Part shown: in pieces, positions 45,952 to 56,316 of the stretch
Numbering within the stretch: the first letter of the stretch is position 1
How the letters are laid out: each line of letters opens with the position of its first letter
Origin: a candidate division FCPU426 bacterium
GTDB lineage: Bacteria; Oederibacteriota; Muellerivitia; Muellerivitales; Muellerivitaceae
Length of the DNA stretch: 64,000 nucleotides
Assembly: GCA_963719085.1 (NCBI GenBank)
Contig: CAVRAL010000004.1
Coordinates: forward strand, 150,504-214,503
Direction of reading: 5' to 3'
Made by a program: the position numbers and the translations under genes
The notes under the pieces: generated by a model
What the model was told of the DNA's origin: nothing
The model's input: only the letters and a program-made list of their open reading frames with translations
Databases searched by the model: none

Positions 45952-47700
45952 TCAGAATAAAATCGCCTTGAGCTCGGGCGGAACGCTTTCTTTGATCAAG
46001 TCCATCACTTCCTCGGAAGTCTTCAGCTTCAAGGCCGCTTTCGCGATCTCCTCGGCTTTTTGATGGGGCATCATGCGGATGACTTTTTTCACCTCGGGGA
46101 TCACCGACACGCTGACGGAAAACTCGTCCAATCCCATCCCTAAAAGCAGGGGCACAAATTGGGGGTCGCCCGCCATTTCCCCGCACATGCCCACCCATTT
46201 CCCGGCGCGGTGGCAGGCGTCCACCGTGATCTGGATCAAGCGCAAAATCGCCGGATGCAGGGGCTCGTAAAGATACGCCACGGACTCATTCACCCGGTCC
46301 ACGGCCAAAGTATATTGGATGAGGTCGTTGGTGCCGATCGACAGGAAGTCCACTTCCTGGATCAATAGGTCCGCCATGATGGCCGCGGAGGGGATCTCGA
46401 TCATGGCCCCCATCTCGATTTCCGAGCGGAAGACCTGGCCTTCTTTTTTCAACTGCTCGGCCGCTTCCCGGACCAAGGCTTTGGCTTCGCGGATCTCCGA
46501 CAGCGAGGAGATCATGGGGAACATGATTTTAATCGGCCCATGGGCGGCCGCCCGCAGCATGGCCCGCAGTTGGGGCATAAAAATCTCGGGACGTTTCAAG
46601 CAAAGCCGGATGGCCCGCAGCCCCAAAAAGGGGTTGCTCTCGTGCATGGTGTTCAAGTGCGAAAGAAATTTATCGCCGCCTAAGTCCAGCGTGCGGACGA
46701 TGGCCGGATGGACGCCGATCTTCTCCGCCAACTCCCGGTAAGCCTGGTACTGCTCTTCCTCGGTGGGAACGCTCTCGCGGTTGAGAAAAAGAAACTCGGT
46801 CCGGAACAACCCCACGCCCTCGGCGCCATGGATGAAAATCTCATTCAGCTCCTGGGGGATCTCGATATTGGCGGCCAGCGTGACTTGGCGGCCGTCCGGC
46901 GTGGTGGCCGGCAGGTTGCGTAATTCTTCCAGGCTTTTTTGGAAAGCCCGGTAGGACTCTTGCAGGCGCTGGTATTGCTGGAGCGTGGCCGGCGTGGGCC
47001 GAAGCACAATCAGCCCCTTATTGCCGTCCAGGATGAGGGTGTCGCCGTCCTCGATTTCAGCCCGGATGTTGGGCATCCCCACGATGGCCGGAAGGCTTAA
47101 GGAGCGGGCCACGATGGCCACATGGGAGGTGCGGCCCCCGATCTCGGTGGCGAAACCCTTGATGATGTCGGTGGGCAGGTTGACCGTATCCGAGGGGGAC
47201 AGGTCCTCCGCGATCAGGATGACCTCATGGTCCAGTTTTTTAAGATGGTCCTTTTCCCCGCCGGTCAGGTTTTTGAGCATGCGGCGGCCCACATCCTGGA
47301 TATCGTTGCCGCGTTCCCGGAAATAGGGGTCGTCGATGTCGGCGATCAGGGCTTTAAATTTTTCCAATTCCTCGTGGATCAAGGCTTCGGCGTTGAGCCG
47401 GCGTTTGCGGATCGCCTCGGGAATTTCCTGCTGAAACACGGGATCATCCAGAACCACTTGGTGGGCCTTGAAGATGGCGGCGTGCTCGTCGCCCAGTTTT
47501 TCCTTGGCCTTATCCGCGACCTCGCCGATTTGAATGCGGGTCTTGGCGATGGCGTTCAAATACCGCTGAACCTCGGATTCCGTGTCCTCGGGCTTTAACG
47601 CGCGCCGGGGAACGGTGAGGCCGGAAGGGTGGTAAAGATAAGCCGGGGCGATGGCGATACCGCCGGAAGCGGCGACCCCGTGCAGGATTTTTTCGGACAA
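45952..47700 (-). CDS. ptsI: Phosphoenolpyruvate-protein phosphotransferase (PTS Enzyme I)
   Basis: GGRTSHVAIVARSL active-site His and the PEP-utilising TIM barrel. TTG start at 47700 with GAAGGAG upstream. Confidence 0.9.
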   Translation of the reverse strand: MSEKILHGVAASGGIAIAPAYLYHPSGLTVPRRALKPEDTESEVQRYLNAIAKTRIQIGEVADKAKEKLGDEHAAIFKAHQVVLDDPVFQQEIPEAIRKRRLNAEALIHEELEKFKALIADIDDPYFRERGNDIQDVGRRMLKNLTGGEKDHLKKLDHEVILIAEDLSPSDTVNLPTDIIKGFATEIGGRTSHVAIVARSLSLPAIVGMPNIRAEIEDGDTLILDGNKGLIVLRPTPATLQQYQRLQESYRAFQKSLEELRNLPATTPDGRQVTLAANIEIPQELNEIFIHGAEGVGLFRTEFLFLNRESVPTEEEQYQAYRELAEKIGVHPAIVRTLDLGGDKFLSHLNTMHESNPFLGLRAIRLCLKRPEIFMPQLRAMLRAAAHGPIKIMFPMISSLSEIREAKALVREAAEQLKKEGQVFRSEIEMGAMIEIPSAAIMADLLIQEVDFLSIGTNDLIQYTLAVDRVNESVAYLYEPLHPAILRLIQITVDACHRAGKWVGMCGEMAGDPQFVPLLLGMGLDEFSVSVSVIPEVKKVIRMMPHQKAEEIAKAALKLKTSEEVMDLIKESVPPELKAILF

Positions 47701-47703
47701 GAG

Positions 47704-47976
47704 CTACTCCTTCTCCCCGAAACGTTTGGCCAAAAGGTCGCGGATGGCGGCCAGGGCTTCCTTGGCGTCTTCCCCGTCGGTGGCGAATTCCAGCTCCGTT
47801 CCTTTGGCCGCGGCCAGGGTCATGAGACCCATCAGGCTTTTGGCGTTCACGTTCTGCACGCCGTGATGGATGAAGATCTGGCATTTAAATTTATTGGCCA
47901 CCTTCACCAACTCGGCGGCGGCCCTTAAATGCAGCCCCAATTTATTGATGATCGGCATTTTTTCACTGGCTTTCAT
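47704..47976 (-). CDS. ptsH: Phosphocarrier protein HPr
   Basis: 90 aa. His15 context NKLGLHLRAA. Ser46 context KSLMGLM, the HprK target site. ATG confirmed. Confidence 0.85.
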   Translation of the reverse strand: MKASEKMPIINKLGLHLRAAAELVKVANKFKCQIFIHHGVQNVNAKSLMGLMTLAAAKGTELEFATDGEDAKEALAAIRDLLAKRFGEKE

Positions 47977-48008
47977 AGCTCCCTCTTCCCTCTTTATTCA
48001 CGAAGCGT

Positions 48009-48869
48009 TTACGGCAACGGCGTTGTCGACAGCCCTCCCACGGAATCCGGCGTGGCGCTCAAATCCGGCCAAAAGGCCAGCATCAGCGCGAACAGGACCA
48101 CCGCGTAAAAAATCTGGCTGGGACTGATCTTCTTGTGCAGCACGAAGGTGAACAACCCCACGATGGCGGTGAAAAAAGTCAGTTTCAGCGTGAACAGGTA
48201 AGCCCGGTGTTCCAGGTCGGACAAGTTCACGAACACGATCAAAACCCCCAAGAGCACCACGGCCGCCAGCCTTAAACCCCGGATGGCCTGTTGGAACCCG
48301 TATTGGCGCAGGGTCAACACCACCTGGTCGCTTTTGCGGTAACCCTGTAAAAAGCCCATCAGCCTGAGGCCCACATGGGCTACGTTATAAACCACCACAA
48401 ATAAAACCGGGATGACCCAATATTGCCCGCCCACCCAGAAGGATTTGGACAAAACCAGCGTCACGGCCAAAAGCCCGCAATAGGGGCGAATGGTGGCCCA
48501 AAATAAATTGTCCCCCATGGCCGCCAAGGGGCCCATCATGCCCACCTTCAGGGCGTTGATCTCATCTTCCTTTTGTTTCTGGCGGTTCTTCGGCTCCGCG
48601 GCCCGCTCGGCTTCCATGCGCGCCACCGCCCCCAAGATGAAGGAAGCCATATAGGGATGGGTGTTGAAATATTCCAAATGCCGGGACAAGGCCGCTCCCC
48701 GCGCCTCGGGCGGATAAAGTTTTTTAAAGACCGGGACCAGGATAAAGGCGACCCCGTAGTTCAGATAACGCTCAAAGTTCCACACCGTCTGCAGGAAAAA
48801 GGACCGGCCAAAAGCCGAGGCCAGGGTCCACCAGCCCAAGCGCGTCGGGTTCGTGTTTTCCGGGCTCAT
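48009..48869 (-). CDS. PTS mannose/fructose/sorbose-family IID component
   Basis: ManZ-like membrane protein. ATG overlaps the IIC stop (ATGA). Confidence 0.8.
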   Translation of the reverse strand: MSPENTNPTRLGWWTLASAFGRSFFLQTVWNFERYLNYGVAFILVPVFKKLYPPEARGAALSRHLEYFNTHPYMASFILGAVARMEAERAAEPKNRQKQKEDEINALKVGMMGPLAAMGDNLFWATIRPYCGLLAVTLVLSKSFWVGGQYWVIPVLFVVVYNVAHVGLRLMGFLQGYRKSDQVVLTLRQYGFQQAIRGLRLAAVVLLGVLIVFVNLSDLEHRAYLFTLKLTFFTAIVGLFTFVLHKKISPSQIFYAVVLFALMLAFWPDLSATPDSVGGLSTTPLP

Positions 48870-49636
48870 CGCGCGTCCCCCCGCCGCATAAAAATCAAAC
48901 TCAAAATAAAACCGGACAAAAGGGCGATCCCCACCAGCAAAACTCCCGGCACGTGTAAAAAAATCGCCAAGGTCATAAATGTGGCGATGGACAAGATGAG
49001 ATAAATCACTGTCTGCCTTTCCACCATCAGGTCAATGACCGCCGAGCAGCCCAGCGCCAAAAGAAGCCAGTAAGCGTAGTAAAGCCCTTCCATCACTTTC
49101 GGGGGCAGGATGAGGAAAAGCCGCCCGGTGAGATGCGCGATAAAAAGCCCGACCAGGGCCATTAAAAAACCTTTGGCGTAAAGCTCCAGCAAAACCACCG
49201 CGTTCAACCATCCAAAAAGGCTCGTATGCCCTTCGGTGGCCAGCTTTTGCGCGAAATGCACCCAGCGCACATGAAATTTCCGAAGCAGCATCTCGGCTTC
49301 CGTACTGAGCGCCGCCAAGGGGATGCAAATGCCGATGGCGTAAGTCATCACCGCTTCCGGCGGGAAGCTTCCCTGCTTGGCCAATTCACAGGCGAAAGCC
49401 GTCGAGATCCCCGCCAGCATCATGATGTCGATGGGCAAATGAGCCCCCACCGGCAGGTCCCCAATCCAAATAATCTCGATCAAAGCCCCCATCTCAAGTC
49501 CCAGCGCGGGCTGGCCGCAAAAAAAGCCAACCAAGGGCCCCACCACAATGGGCCGGGAAATCATGAATTGTCCCACCGCCGAAACGTCGAGGCTTAAAAG
49601 CCCCAGCAGCGCGGGAAGCATCAACCATTCGGTCAT
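48866..49636 (-). CDS. PTS mannose-family IIC component
   Basis: ManY-like multi-TM protein. Start overlaps the GH57 stop. Confidence 0.8.
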   Translation of the reverse strand: MTEWLMLPALLGLLSLDVSAVGQFMISRPIVVGPLVGFFCGQPALGLEMGALIEIIWIGDLPVGAHLPIDIMMLAGISTAFACELAKQGSFPPEAVMTYAIGICIPLAALSTEAEMLLRKFHVRWVHFAQKLATEGHTSLFGWLNAVVLLELYAKGFLMALVGLFIAHLTGRLFLILPPKVMEGLYYAYWLLLALGCSAVIDLMVERQTVIYLILSIATFMTLAIFLHVPGVLLVGIALLSGFILSLIFMRRGDAR

Positions 49637-51813
49637 GAGCCGGCCGCCTCCTTCAATCGCGTGGTGAGGGTTGTCTCAAACGATTTTTTGGGCGCCAAGC
49701 TCACTTCATGGCCGAACAAAAGGCAGGATCCTTGGTACACCCGCTCGAAACCGCCCTCGGACTGGGAAATGGTCTCCACCGGATAACGCGAAAATCGCGC
49801 GGGCTGGGAGCTTTTAAAATCAATTTCTATTTTGAGCCAGCCGTCGGTCATGGAGGCTTGCTCCACATTCATTTCGGTTCCCAGACTGTTCAGCTTTCGG
49901 TCGGTCAGCTCCCGGCCTTTCACGGTGTAAAAGCGGTCCGGCGCGTCCCCGGCCAGAAGGGTCAGGTTCCATTCGGCGAGGAACAAAAATTTCACGGGCC
50001 GGGTTCCCAGGTTCTCGAGTTTGTAGTCGGTCTCTAAATGGAAGCCGCCCGGCGAGAAAGAAAGTTTTTTGGTCAGCCGAAGGGGCACCGGCTCCCCGCC
50101 GTCCTTGAAAAGACCGTCCGCGGTCAATTGAACCTTGAGCGGCTCGCCCTTCTTTTTGGGCGGGGTAACTTTAAAATCAAAAGGCAGGCGGTGAAAGTCG
50201 CTCCACTCGTCATATTGGACCTTCCAAAGCTGCTCCACCGTGGTGCCGGGGGGGACCAACCGCTCCATCAGGCTGGTGCGGACATCCCTGTCGTAAAAAA
50301 GCTTATGCTCCAAACCCGGTTCCTTGGTGCGCACGGTGTCGTGAATGCTGGCCGGCTGGCTTTGGCCCGCGGTTTGGTTGGCCATGGCCAAAAGCTTGCT
50401 GTGGTAGGCTTCCTTGCGGCGGGTCAAGGTATCCGAAAGATTGATGGGGTTTTTAAAGTAATCCAATTCCCGAAGCGATCCGCCCCGCGCCGGTTCCAGC
50501 AAAGCGCTGAAGGCGTTGGTTTCCACCACGATCTCATCCCGGCCGTCTTTGTTGAAGTCGGCCACTTGGGCCTGGATCCCATGGGAAGGCGGCGGCAAAA
50601 GCAAGCCGGCCTCGCGCTCCGCCTCCACCAACTGGCGGTAATTGGCGAACCGCAGATGGTTCAGGTAAAGACCGCCGAAAACCCCGTGCCAATAAGGGCA
50701 ATTGCACTGGCCCCGGTACAAAGCCTGGACCGCCTTCTCCAGCAAGGCTTTTTGTTTGGGTGTGGATTTTTTAGAAAGATGCAGGCGCGCCTTTTCCACT
50801 TTATCCGAGACCCAAAGCATTTTTTTATGCATCTGGTTGCTCTCGGCGTATTTCACTTGGAAGTTGCGCCAAATGCCGCCTTTCAAGTAACGGTCATAGC
50901 GCGGCATCTCGCCCCGGTCCCGGACCTCATGGCGGATTTGCTCGTATTCCTCAGCCGCTTCCGCGGGCAGCGACCACTCGCCCATTTCGGTGTAAGAACC
51001 CGTGGGCAGGGCCAAGGGGCCTTTGGGCGGATGTTCGGCCGCGAATTCGGCGAAGGTGGAGCAGGTGAGCCAATCCGAATTATCGGAAAGCGCCGAAAGG
51101 AACCGCTCGAGCCAGCCTTCCTCGTAAACCCATTTATAGGTATCGGGCCAGCCGCCGAATTTTTCCCCGTCATCCATCAGCACCACGCAGCGGTCGCCTT
51201 CCTCGGTGGCCACCGAGCGCAGGTAATTCAGGCTTTCATTCACGTCTTGGAAGGGAACCAGGTAGCGCATCTTTTCAGAGATCGGGAAAACCCCCACCGT
51301 CTTGCCTTGTTCTTCCATCAGGTAATAGCCGAAGGTCTCGTCCTCGCGAAGGCCGGTGGCCTTGAAGTGCGCGTCATCCATCACGATGTACTTCACCCCG
51401 GCCTCGGCCAGGGGCCGGGTCAAATGGGGTTCCCAAACCCGCTCCGCCACCCACATGCCTTGGACGGGTACCTTGAACTTTTTTTCCAGGATATCGGTTA
51501 AGCGCCGCATCTGCCCCAGTTTGTCCCGGTCGGGCAAAATGGAAAGAATGGGCTCGTACATGCCGCCGGTAAAAAGCTCGATCTGCCCCCGCTTGACCAT
51601 CTCGCCCAAAAGCTTCAAATATTCCGGCTTATTTTCCTCCATCCACTCAAGCAGCGGCCCCGTGGTATGGACGGTGAATTTTACTTTGGGATAACGGTTG
51701 AGGATTTTTAAAAAAGGTTCGTAGGATTGGCGGTAAAGGGTCTCAAAAACCTGCCCGAAATTGCCCACCGGCTGGTGGTTATGAACGCCCAGAATCAAGG
51801 TGACTTTTTTCAT
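49633..51813 (-). CDS. Glycoside hydrolase family 57 (alpha-glucan-active amylase/branching-type)
   Basis: All GH57 signature motifs are present: GVHNHQP, GQIELFTGG, nucleophile-region GMWVAERVW, acid/base VVLMDDGEKFGGWP. ATG overlaps the IIB stop (ATGA). Confidence 0.85.
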   Translation of the reverse strand: MKKVTLILGVHNHQPVGNFGQVFETLYRQSYEPFLKILNRYPKVKFTVHTTGPLLEWMEENKPEYLKLLGEMVKRGQIELFTGGMYEPILSILPDRDKLGQMRRLTDILEKKFKVPVQGMWVAERVWEPHLTRPLAEAGVKYIVMDDAHFKATGLREDETFGYYLMEEQGKTVGVFPISEKMRYLVPFQDVNESLNYLRSVATEEGDRCVVLMDDGEKFGGWPDTYKWVYEEGWLERFLSALSDNSDWLTCSTFAEFAAEHPPKGPLALPTGSYTEMGEWSLPAEAAEEYEQIRHEVRDRGEMPRYDRYLKGGIWRNFQVKYAESNQMHKKMLWVSDKVEKARLHLSKKSTPKQKALLEKAVQALYRGQCNCPYWHGVFGGLYLNHLRFANYRQLVEAEREAGLLLPPPSHGIQAQVADFNKDGRDEIVVETNAFSALLEPARGGSLRELDYFKNPINLSDTLTRRKEAYHSKLLAMANQTAGQSQPASIHDTVRTKEPGLEHKLFYDRDVRTSLMERLVPPGTTVEQLWKVQYDEWSDFHRLPFDFKVTPPKKKGEPLKVQLTADGLFKDGGEPVPLRLTKKLSFSPGGFHLETDYKLENLGTRPVKFLFLAEWNLTLLAGDAPDRFYTVKGRELTDRKLNSLGTEMNVEQASMTDGWLKIEIDFKSSQPARFSRYPVETISQSEGGFERVYQGSCLLFGHEVSLAPKKSFETTLTTRLKEAAGS

Positions 51814-52292
51814 ACTTTGATCTCCGGTAAGTACTTTTCGATGGGTTCCTTCAAGTCCCCGGGCACGGCGCGGATTTCCATCTCAATGCCCCGGGCTTTT
51901 AACCGGCGGAAGGATTCCACGTCCTCGGCCGTCACGCAAAGCACCTTGCAGACCTGCCGGCGGCCTTCGGTGAAATGAAGGCCCCCCACGTTCACCGAAA
52001 CCACCCGGCCCCCTTTTTCGGCGTAAGCCAAAAGGTCCGAGGGAGTGGAAAAAAGCATCAAGGCGCGTTCCCGCTCGGAGCCCATGGACGCGGCCACCGC
52101 CTCCTCCACGGTGAAAAAGCTCACCCGGAGGTTGGAGGGAACGGCCATTTCCATCAGGGTCCGCTGCATGGCGTTCTTGGCGATAGCGTCATTGACCACG
52201 ACCAGGCGCTGGATATTCAGGCTTTTGGACCAGCCCACCACCACTTGGCCGTGGATCAGCCGGTCGTCAATTCGGATCAGTTGGATGTCCAT
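51810..52292 (-). CDS. PTS mannose-family IIB component
   Basis: Phosphorylation-site His in RIDDRLIHGQV. ATG confirmed. Confidence 0.8.
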   Translation of the reverse strand: MDIQLIRIDDRLIHGQVVVGWSKSLNIQRLVVVNDAIAKNAMQRTLMEMAVPSNLRVSFFTVEEAVAASMGSERERALMLFSTPSDLLAYAEKGGRVVSVNVGGLHFTEGRRQVCKVLCVTAEDVESFRRLKARGIEMEIRAVPGDLKEPIEKYLPEIKV

Positions 52293-52317
52293 CTTTGTTT
52301 TCCGCTTCTTCCCGAGC

Positions 52318-52722
52318 TTATTTTTTCTTGAACAGTTCCACCGAGGTCACCACCCCGTCCCGCGTGGATTGCTGGATATCCAGGCTTAACGCGTCCAAAT
52401 CGGTCTCGTCCCGGTGCGAAACCACCTTGATGAGCATGGGCAGATTAACGCCCGTAATCACCTTGACGTTGCGGGTCGTGGCCAGTTGGATGCCCACATT
52501 AAAGGGCGTCCCTCCCAGCATGTCGACCAAAATCAAGGCTCCTTGAGCCTTCGGATCAACCTGATCGACGGCCTTTTCCATTTTCATCCGCAGATTTTCG
52601 GGCGAATCCTTGGAAAGCAGGGGCACCGAAACCATCCCCTCGGTTTCCCCGATGATCATTTTCAGGGTGTCCAAAAGGGCGGTCCCAAACTCCCCGTGCG
52701 TCGCGATCAGTACCCCTATCAT
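52318..52722 (-). CDS. PTS mannose-family IIA component
   Basis: MIGVLIATHGEFG with the active-site His. ATG confirmed. Confidence 0.8.
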   Translation of the reverse strand: MIGVLIATHGEFGTALLDTLKMIIGETEGMVSVPLLSKDSPENLRMKMEKAVDQVDPKAQGALILVDMLGGTPFNVGIQLATTRNVKVITGVNLPMLIKVVSHRDETDLDALSLDIQQSTRDGVVTSVELFKKK

Positions 52723-52755
52723 AAGTCTCCCTCGGTCTTGTTCCCAGGCCCCAAG

Positions 52756-54024
52756 TTACATCACCAAAAGGCGCAGGATGGCCCGGCCCAATTTTTCACG
52801 GTCATGGCGCACGAAATCCTGCTGGTGCAAAAGATTGGCCCGGACCACCCGGGCCCCTAATTTTTTCACCTCGGCGTCGTCCACCACCACGGGCTCCTGG
52901 CCGAAGGCCGCGTAACGGGCCAAAAGCCGCGTGGGCACCTTTTCCTTGTTCACCATGACGTAATGCACGAAGTTGGGCGCGGTGTGTTTGAACAAAGCCC
53001 GCACATGGTCCGACACGGTGAAAAAATCGGTCTCGCCGGGCTGGGTCATCACATTGCAGATAAAAATTTTAACGGCCCGGGAAAGCGCGATCGTCTCGGC
53101 GACCTCCGGAATGAGCAGGTTGGGGATGATGCTGGTAAAAAGGCTGCCCGGGCCCAGGACGATGGCGTCGGCTTCCAAGATCGCTTTCAGGACTTCTTTA
53201 TTCGGCCGGATCTTGCTTTCCTTGAGCGTGATCTCGTCGATGGGGGATTTGACCAGGGGAATGGCGGACTCGCCGGTCACGATTTTCCCGTTCTTAAACC
53301 GCGCCCGCAAGGTCATGGAATCAAAGGTCACCGGCATGACGGTCCCCCGGGTGGCCAGCACCTTGCTGGATTCTTCCACGGCCTTTCCAAAGTCCCCGGT
53401 GATTTCCCCCATGACGGTGATGAAAAGGTTCCCGAAACTGTGGCCCTTCAGGTCGCCGTGGCCCTTAAAACGGTATTGGAAAAGATCGTTCAACAGGGTT
53501 TGCTGGTCGGCCAAGGCCACGATGCAATTGCGGATGTCGCCCGGCGGCGGCGTGCCGAAGTCCTTGCGCAGCCGGCCCGAGCTTCCCCCGTCGTCGGCCA
53601 CCGTCACGACCGCGGTCAGGTTGCTGGTGAATTGTTTCAATCCGTAAAGCACGTTGGGCAGGCCCGTGCCGCCGCCCACGCACACGATCCGGGGGCCGCG
53701 CTTCAAGCGGGCCTGCCGGTAGGCGATGTTCATGAATTCTTTTTCCCGGTGCGGAAGCAGCACGGTCAAAACGGCGTAAAGCGCCCGCCGGATGGCGTAA
53801 ACCCCGAGGACGATGCCGCCCAGGATCAGGATGAAATCAACGAACTTTAAATGCCGGAGGGTGTCCCCGATCTCCAGGATGATCGGCGGGTTATAGTGAA
53901 CCCCGTGGAGGCGTCGGCCGAGGATGCCGGAAAAACCCATGAGCAGGATCACGGCCGCGCCGGCCATCAAAAAAAACCAGCGTTTGAGCCGCATGCCCGG
54001 ATAAAGCCAGCGCAATCCCAGCAT
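52756..54024 (-). CDS. YvcK/UPF0052 (CofD-like) gluconeogenesis factor with an N-terminal membrane anchor
   Basis: IVCVGGGTGL...VADDGGSSGRLR family core. About 110 aa of N-terminal TM segments. ATG overlaps the hprK stop by 1 nt. Confidence 0.8.
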   Translation of the reverse strand: MLGLRWLYPGMRLKRWFFLMAGAAVILLMGFSGILGRRLHGVHYNPPIILEIGDTLRHLKFVDFILILGGIVLGVYAIRRALYAVLTVLLPHREKEFMNIAYRQARLKRGPRIVCVGGGTGLPNVLYGLKQFTSNLTAVVTVADDGGSSGRLRKDFGTPPPGDIRNCIVALADQQTLLNDLFQYRFKGHGDLKGHSFGNLFITVMGEITGDFGKAVEESSKVLATRGTVMPVTFDSMTLRARFKNGKIVTGESAIPLVKSPIDEITLKESKIRPNKEVLKAILEADAIVLGPGSLFTSIIPNLLIPEVAETIALSRAVKIFICNVMTQPGETDFFTVSDHVRALFKHTAPNFVHYVMVNKEKVPTRLLARYAAFGQEPVVVDDAEVKKLGARVVRANLLHQQDFVRHDREKLGRAILRLLVM

Positions 54025-54998
54025 TAAGGCTTCCTTCGTTTGCGCGGCGGCAGGGCCCGGCGAACGTTTTCTTCCTGCATCATGCGGCTCACCCGGTCCG
54101 CGAATTCCTGGGCCGTGAAATAACCCAGCTTCATCAACCGGTGGTTCATGGAAGCCACCTCAATGATGACCGCCAGGTTCCGTCCAGGCCGGACCGGGAT
54201 GAGAAACATCGGGATTTCCACGTCGAAAATTTTGTGCTTGGCGGGCGTCAGCCCCAGCCGGTCGTATTCTTTTTTGTTGTCCCAATCTTCCAAGCGGACC
54301 ACGAGCTCAATGCGCTTTTTGTCCCGGATCGCGCCCACGCCAAAAAGGCTTTCCACATTGATGATGCCCAATCCGCGGATTTCCATGTGGTGCTTGATGA
54401 TTTCGGACCGGGCGCCCATCAGGATGCGGTTGGCCAGGCGTTTGATATAAACCAAGTCATCGGCCACCAAGCGGTGGCCGCGTTCCACCAATTCCAGCGC
54501 GCACTCGCTTTTGCCGATCCCCGAATTTCCCAGGATGAGAACCCCGACGCCGTAAATATCCAGCAAGGTTCCATGGATGGTGGTCTCCGGCGCGAACTCC
54601 TCTTCCAGAAATACCGAAACCTCGGACACGAACTTGGTCGTGGGAGTCGGCGTGGTGAACAAGGGGATTTTATGCTCCCGGGCCTCGGCCACCATTTCCG
54701 CCGGCGGCTTCATTTTATGGGTGACGATGATGCAGGGCATGGAATAGGAAAATATCTTGTGGAAAATGGCCCGTCGCTGGGCCGGTTTGAGGGTTTGCAG
54801 GTAATGGATTTCGGTCTTGCCCAGAATTTGAAGGCGCTCATAGGCGAACCATTTGAAATAACCGGTCAGCGCCATGCCGAGCCGGTTGATGTCCACGCTC
54901 ACGATGTGCCGGGAGGCCATTCCCTCCTCCACCACGGGGGTCAGGTGAAGGCGTTCCTTGGCTTGCTGGAGGAGGGCTTCCACGGATATTTTTTTCAT
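54024..54998 (-). CDS. hprK: HPr kinase/phosphorylase
   Basis: Walker A GNSGIGKSE and C-terminal kinase domain. ATG confirmed. Confidence 0.85.
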   Translation of the reverse strand: MKKISVEALLQQAKERLHLTPVVEEGMASRHIVSVDINRLGMALTGYFKWFAYERLQILGKTEIHYLQTLKPAQRRAIFHKIFSYSMPCIIVTHKMKPPAEMVAEAREHKIPLFTTPTPTTKFVSEVSVFLEEEFAPETTIHGTLLDIYGVGVLILGNSGIGKSECALELVERGHRLVADDLVYIKRLANRILMGARSEIIKHHMEIRGLGIINVESLFGVGAIRDKKRIELVVRLEDWDNKKEYDRLGLTPAKHKIFDVEIPMFLIPVRPGRNLAVIIEVASMNHRLMKLGYFTAQEFADRVSRMMQEENVRRALPPRKRRKP

Positions 54999-55059
54999 TC
55001 GCTCGCTCCCGAAAAAGAAAATTCATCGCTTGGCTTGGCCCGGTCTTCGAAGCGCCGCC

Positions 55060-55524
55060 TCAGTGTTTGAGTTTTTCTTCCTCTTGGATGATCTTGATCA
55101 CTTCGTCGGGAGTCTTGGCGGACAGGAGGGACTTGCGGAAATACTTGTCTTTCAAAAGGCTGGAGATGCGGGCCAGGGCCTTCAAATGCGCGCCGGCCGC
55201 CCCTTCGGGCGCGACCAACAAGAAAAAAATATTCACGGGCTCCCCGTCCAACGCGTCAAAGCTGATCCCTTCCTGGGAGACCCCAAAAGCCGCCGCCAGA
55301 TCCGAGACCGTGTCCGACTTTCCGTGGGGGATCGCGATGCCTTGGCCGATTCCGGTGGAACCCAATTCTTCCCTTTCCATCAGGGTTTGGAGCATTTTCT
55401 TTTTGTCTTTCACCTTGCCGGACTTGGCCAGCAGCTCCACCAATTCCTTGATGGCATCCTTCTTGATCTTGGACTCCAGGTTCAACTTAATGGCGTCCAC
55501 GGTTAGAAAATCCAGTATCTGCAT
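55060..55524 (-). CDS. ptsN: PTS IIA-Ntr (nitrogen regulatory EIIA)
   Basis: EIIA-Fru/Ntr fold with His in GIAIPHGK. Canonical position between hpf and hprK. Confidence 0.8.
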   Translation of the reverse strand: MQILDFLTVDAIKLNLESKIKKDAIKELVELLAKSGKVKDKKKMLQTLMEREELGSTGIGQGIAIPHGKSDTVSDLAAAFGVSQEGISFDALDGEPVNIFFLLVAPEGAAGAHLKALARISSLLKDKYFRKSLLSAKTPDEVIKIIQEEEKLKH

Positions 55525-55620
55525 CGAAAATCCTCCTGGGCCTTTGCCCTTGAAGCGCTCAATTTCACCCTACCACGATCGGCCCTGTTGAAACCAGACC
55601 GCCCCGGCGTCCGGATCGCC

Positions 55621-56160
55621 TTAATATTCCGGCTCAATCAAGCCGATGTGATGGTCTTTGCGTTTATAAACCACGCCGGTCCGGCCGGTCTCGGCGTCAT
55701 AAAAAACCATGAATTCATCCTTCGACTTGGCCAGCTGGGAGGCGGCCTCTTCCACCGACATGGGTTTGGCGGAATACTGGCGGGATTGGATGATCTCAAA
55801 CTCTTCGCCCGCGGCGGAAGGCGGGATGAGCCCATGGGTGACGGACTTAAAGGGAGAGATTTCACGGCCCCGATGACGCCCCACCCGGATGTCTTTATGT
55901 TTCTTGGCTTGGGTTTCCAGTTTTTCCAAGGCCCCGTCGATGGAATTATACATGTCCCGGGAAACGGCTTTGGAGCTCATCTTCAATCCCTTGGCCGACA
56001 GGTTGATTTCGCAGGTATGGCCTTTTTTCTCGAAGTTCAGGATGACATGGGCTTCTTTGATCTTGCCTAAATAGCGCTCCACCCGCTTGATCTTGTCTTC
56101 CACCGACAAGCGCAGGCCCTCGGTCAACTTTTCATGACGGCTGGTGATGTTAATTTTCAT
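55621..56160 (-). CDS. hpf: Ribosome hibernation-promoting factor (long form)
   Basis: Start MKINITSRH (ATG 56160). The track TTG extension was rejected. S30AE/RaiA domain plus a C-terminal dimerisation extension. Confidence 0.85.
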   Translation of the reverse strand: MKINITSRHEKLTEGLRLSVEDKIKRVERYLGKIKEAHVILNFEKKGHTCEINLSAKGLKMSSKAVSRDMYNSIDGALEKLETQAKKHKDIRVGRHRGREISPFKSVTHGLIPPSAAGEEFEIIQSRQYSAKPMSVEEAASQLAKSKDEFMVFYDAETGRTGVVYKRKDHHIGLIEPEY

Positions 56161-56316
56161 TAATTTTTCCGATGACAACGAAAGTGCTGAAAAACCCGCT
56201 TATTCTAACACCCGAAAAAGGGAAGTCAATGAACACCGACCCATCGGACGGACGACGAAACCAGGCAAATGGCGAGAATAAACAAAAAGGCAAACGGGGT
56301 TTTTCGGCGGAGGTTC

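Noticed and set aside
50038-51501. 487-aa plus-strand ORF
   Set aside because: Antisense to the GH57 gene, which carries every family motif. Artefact.
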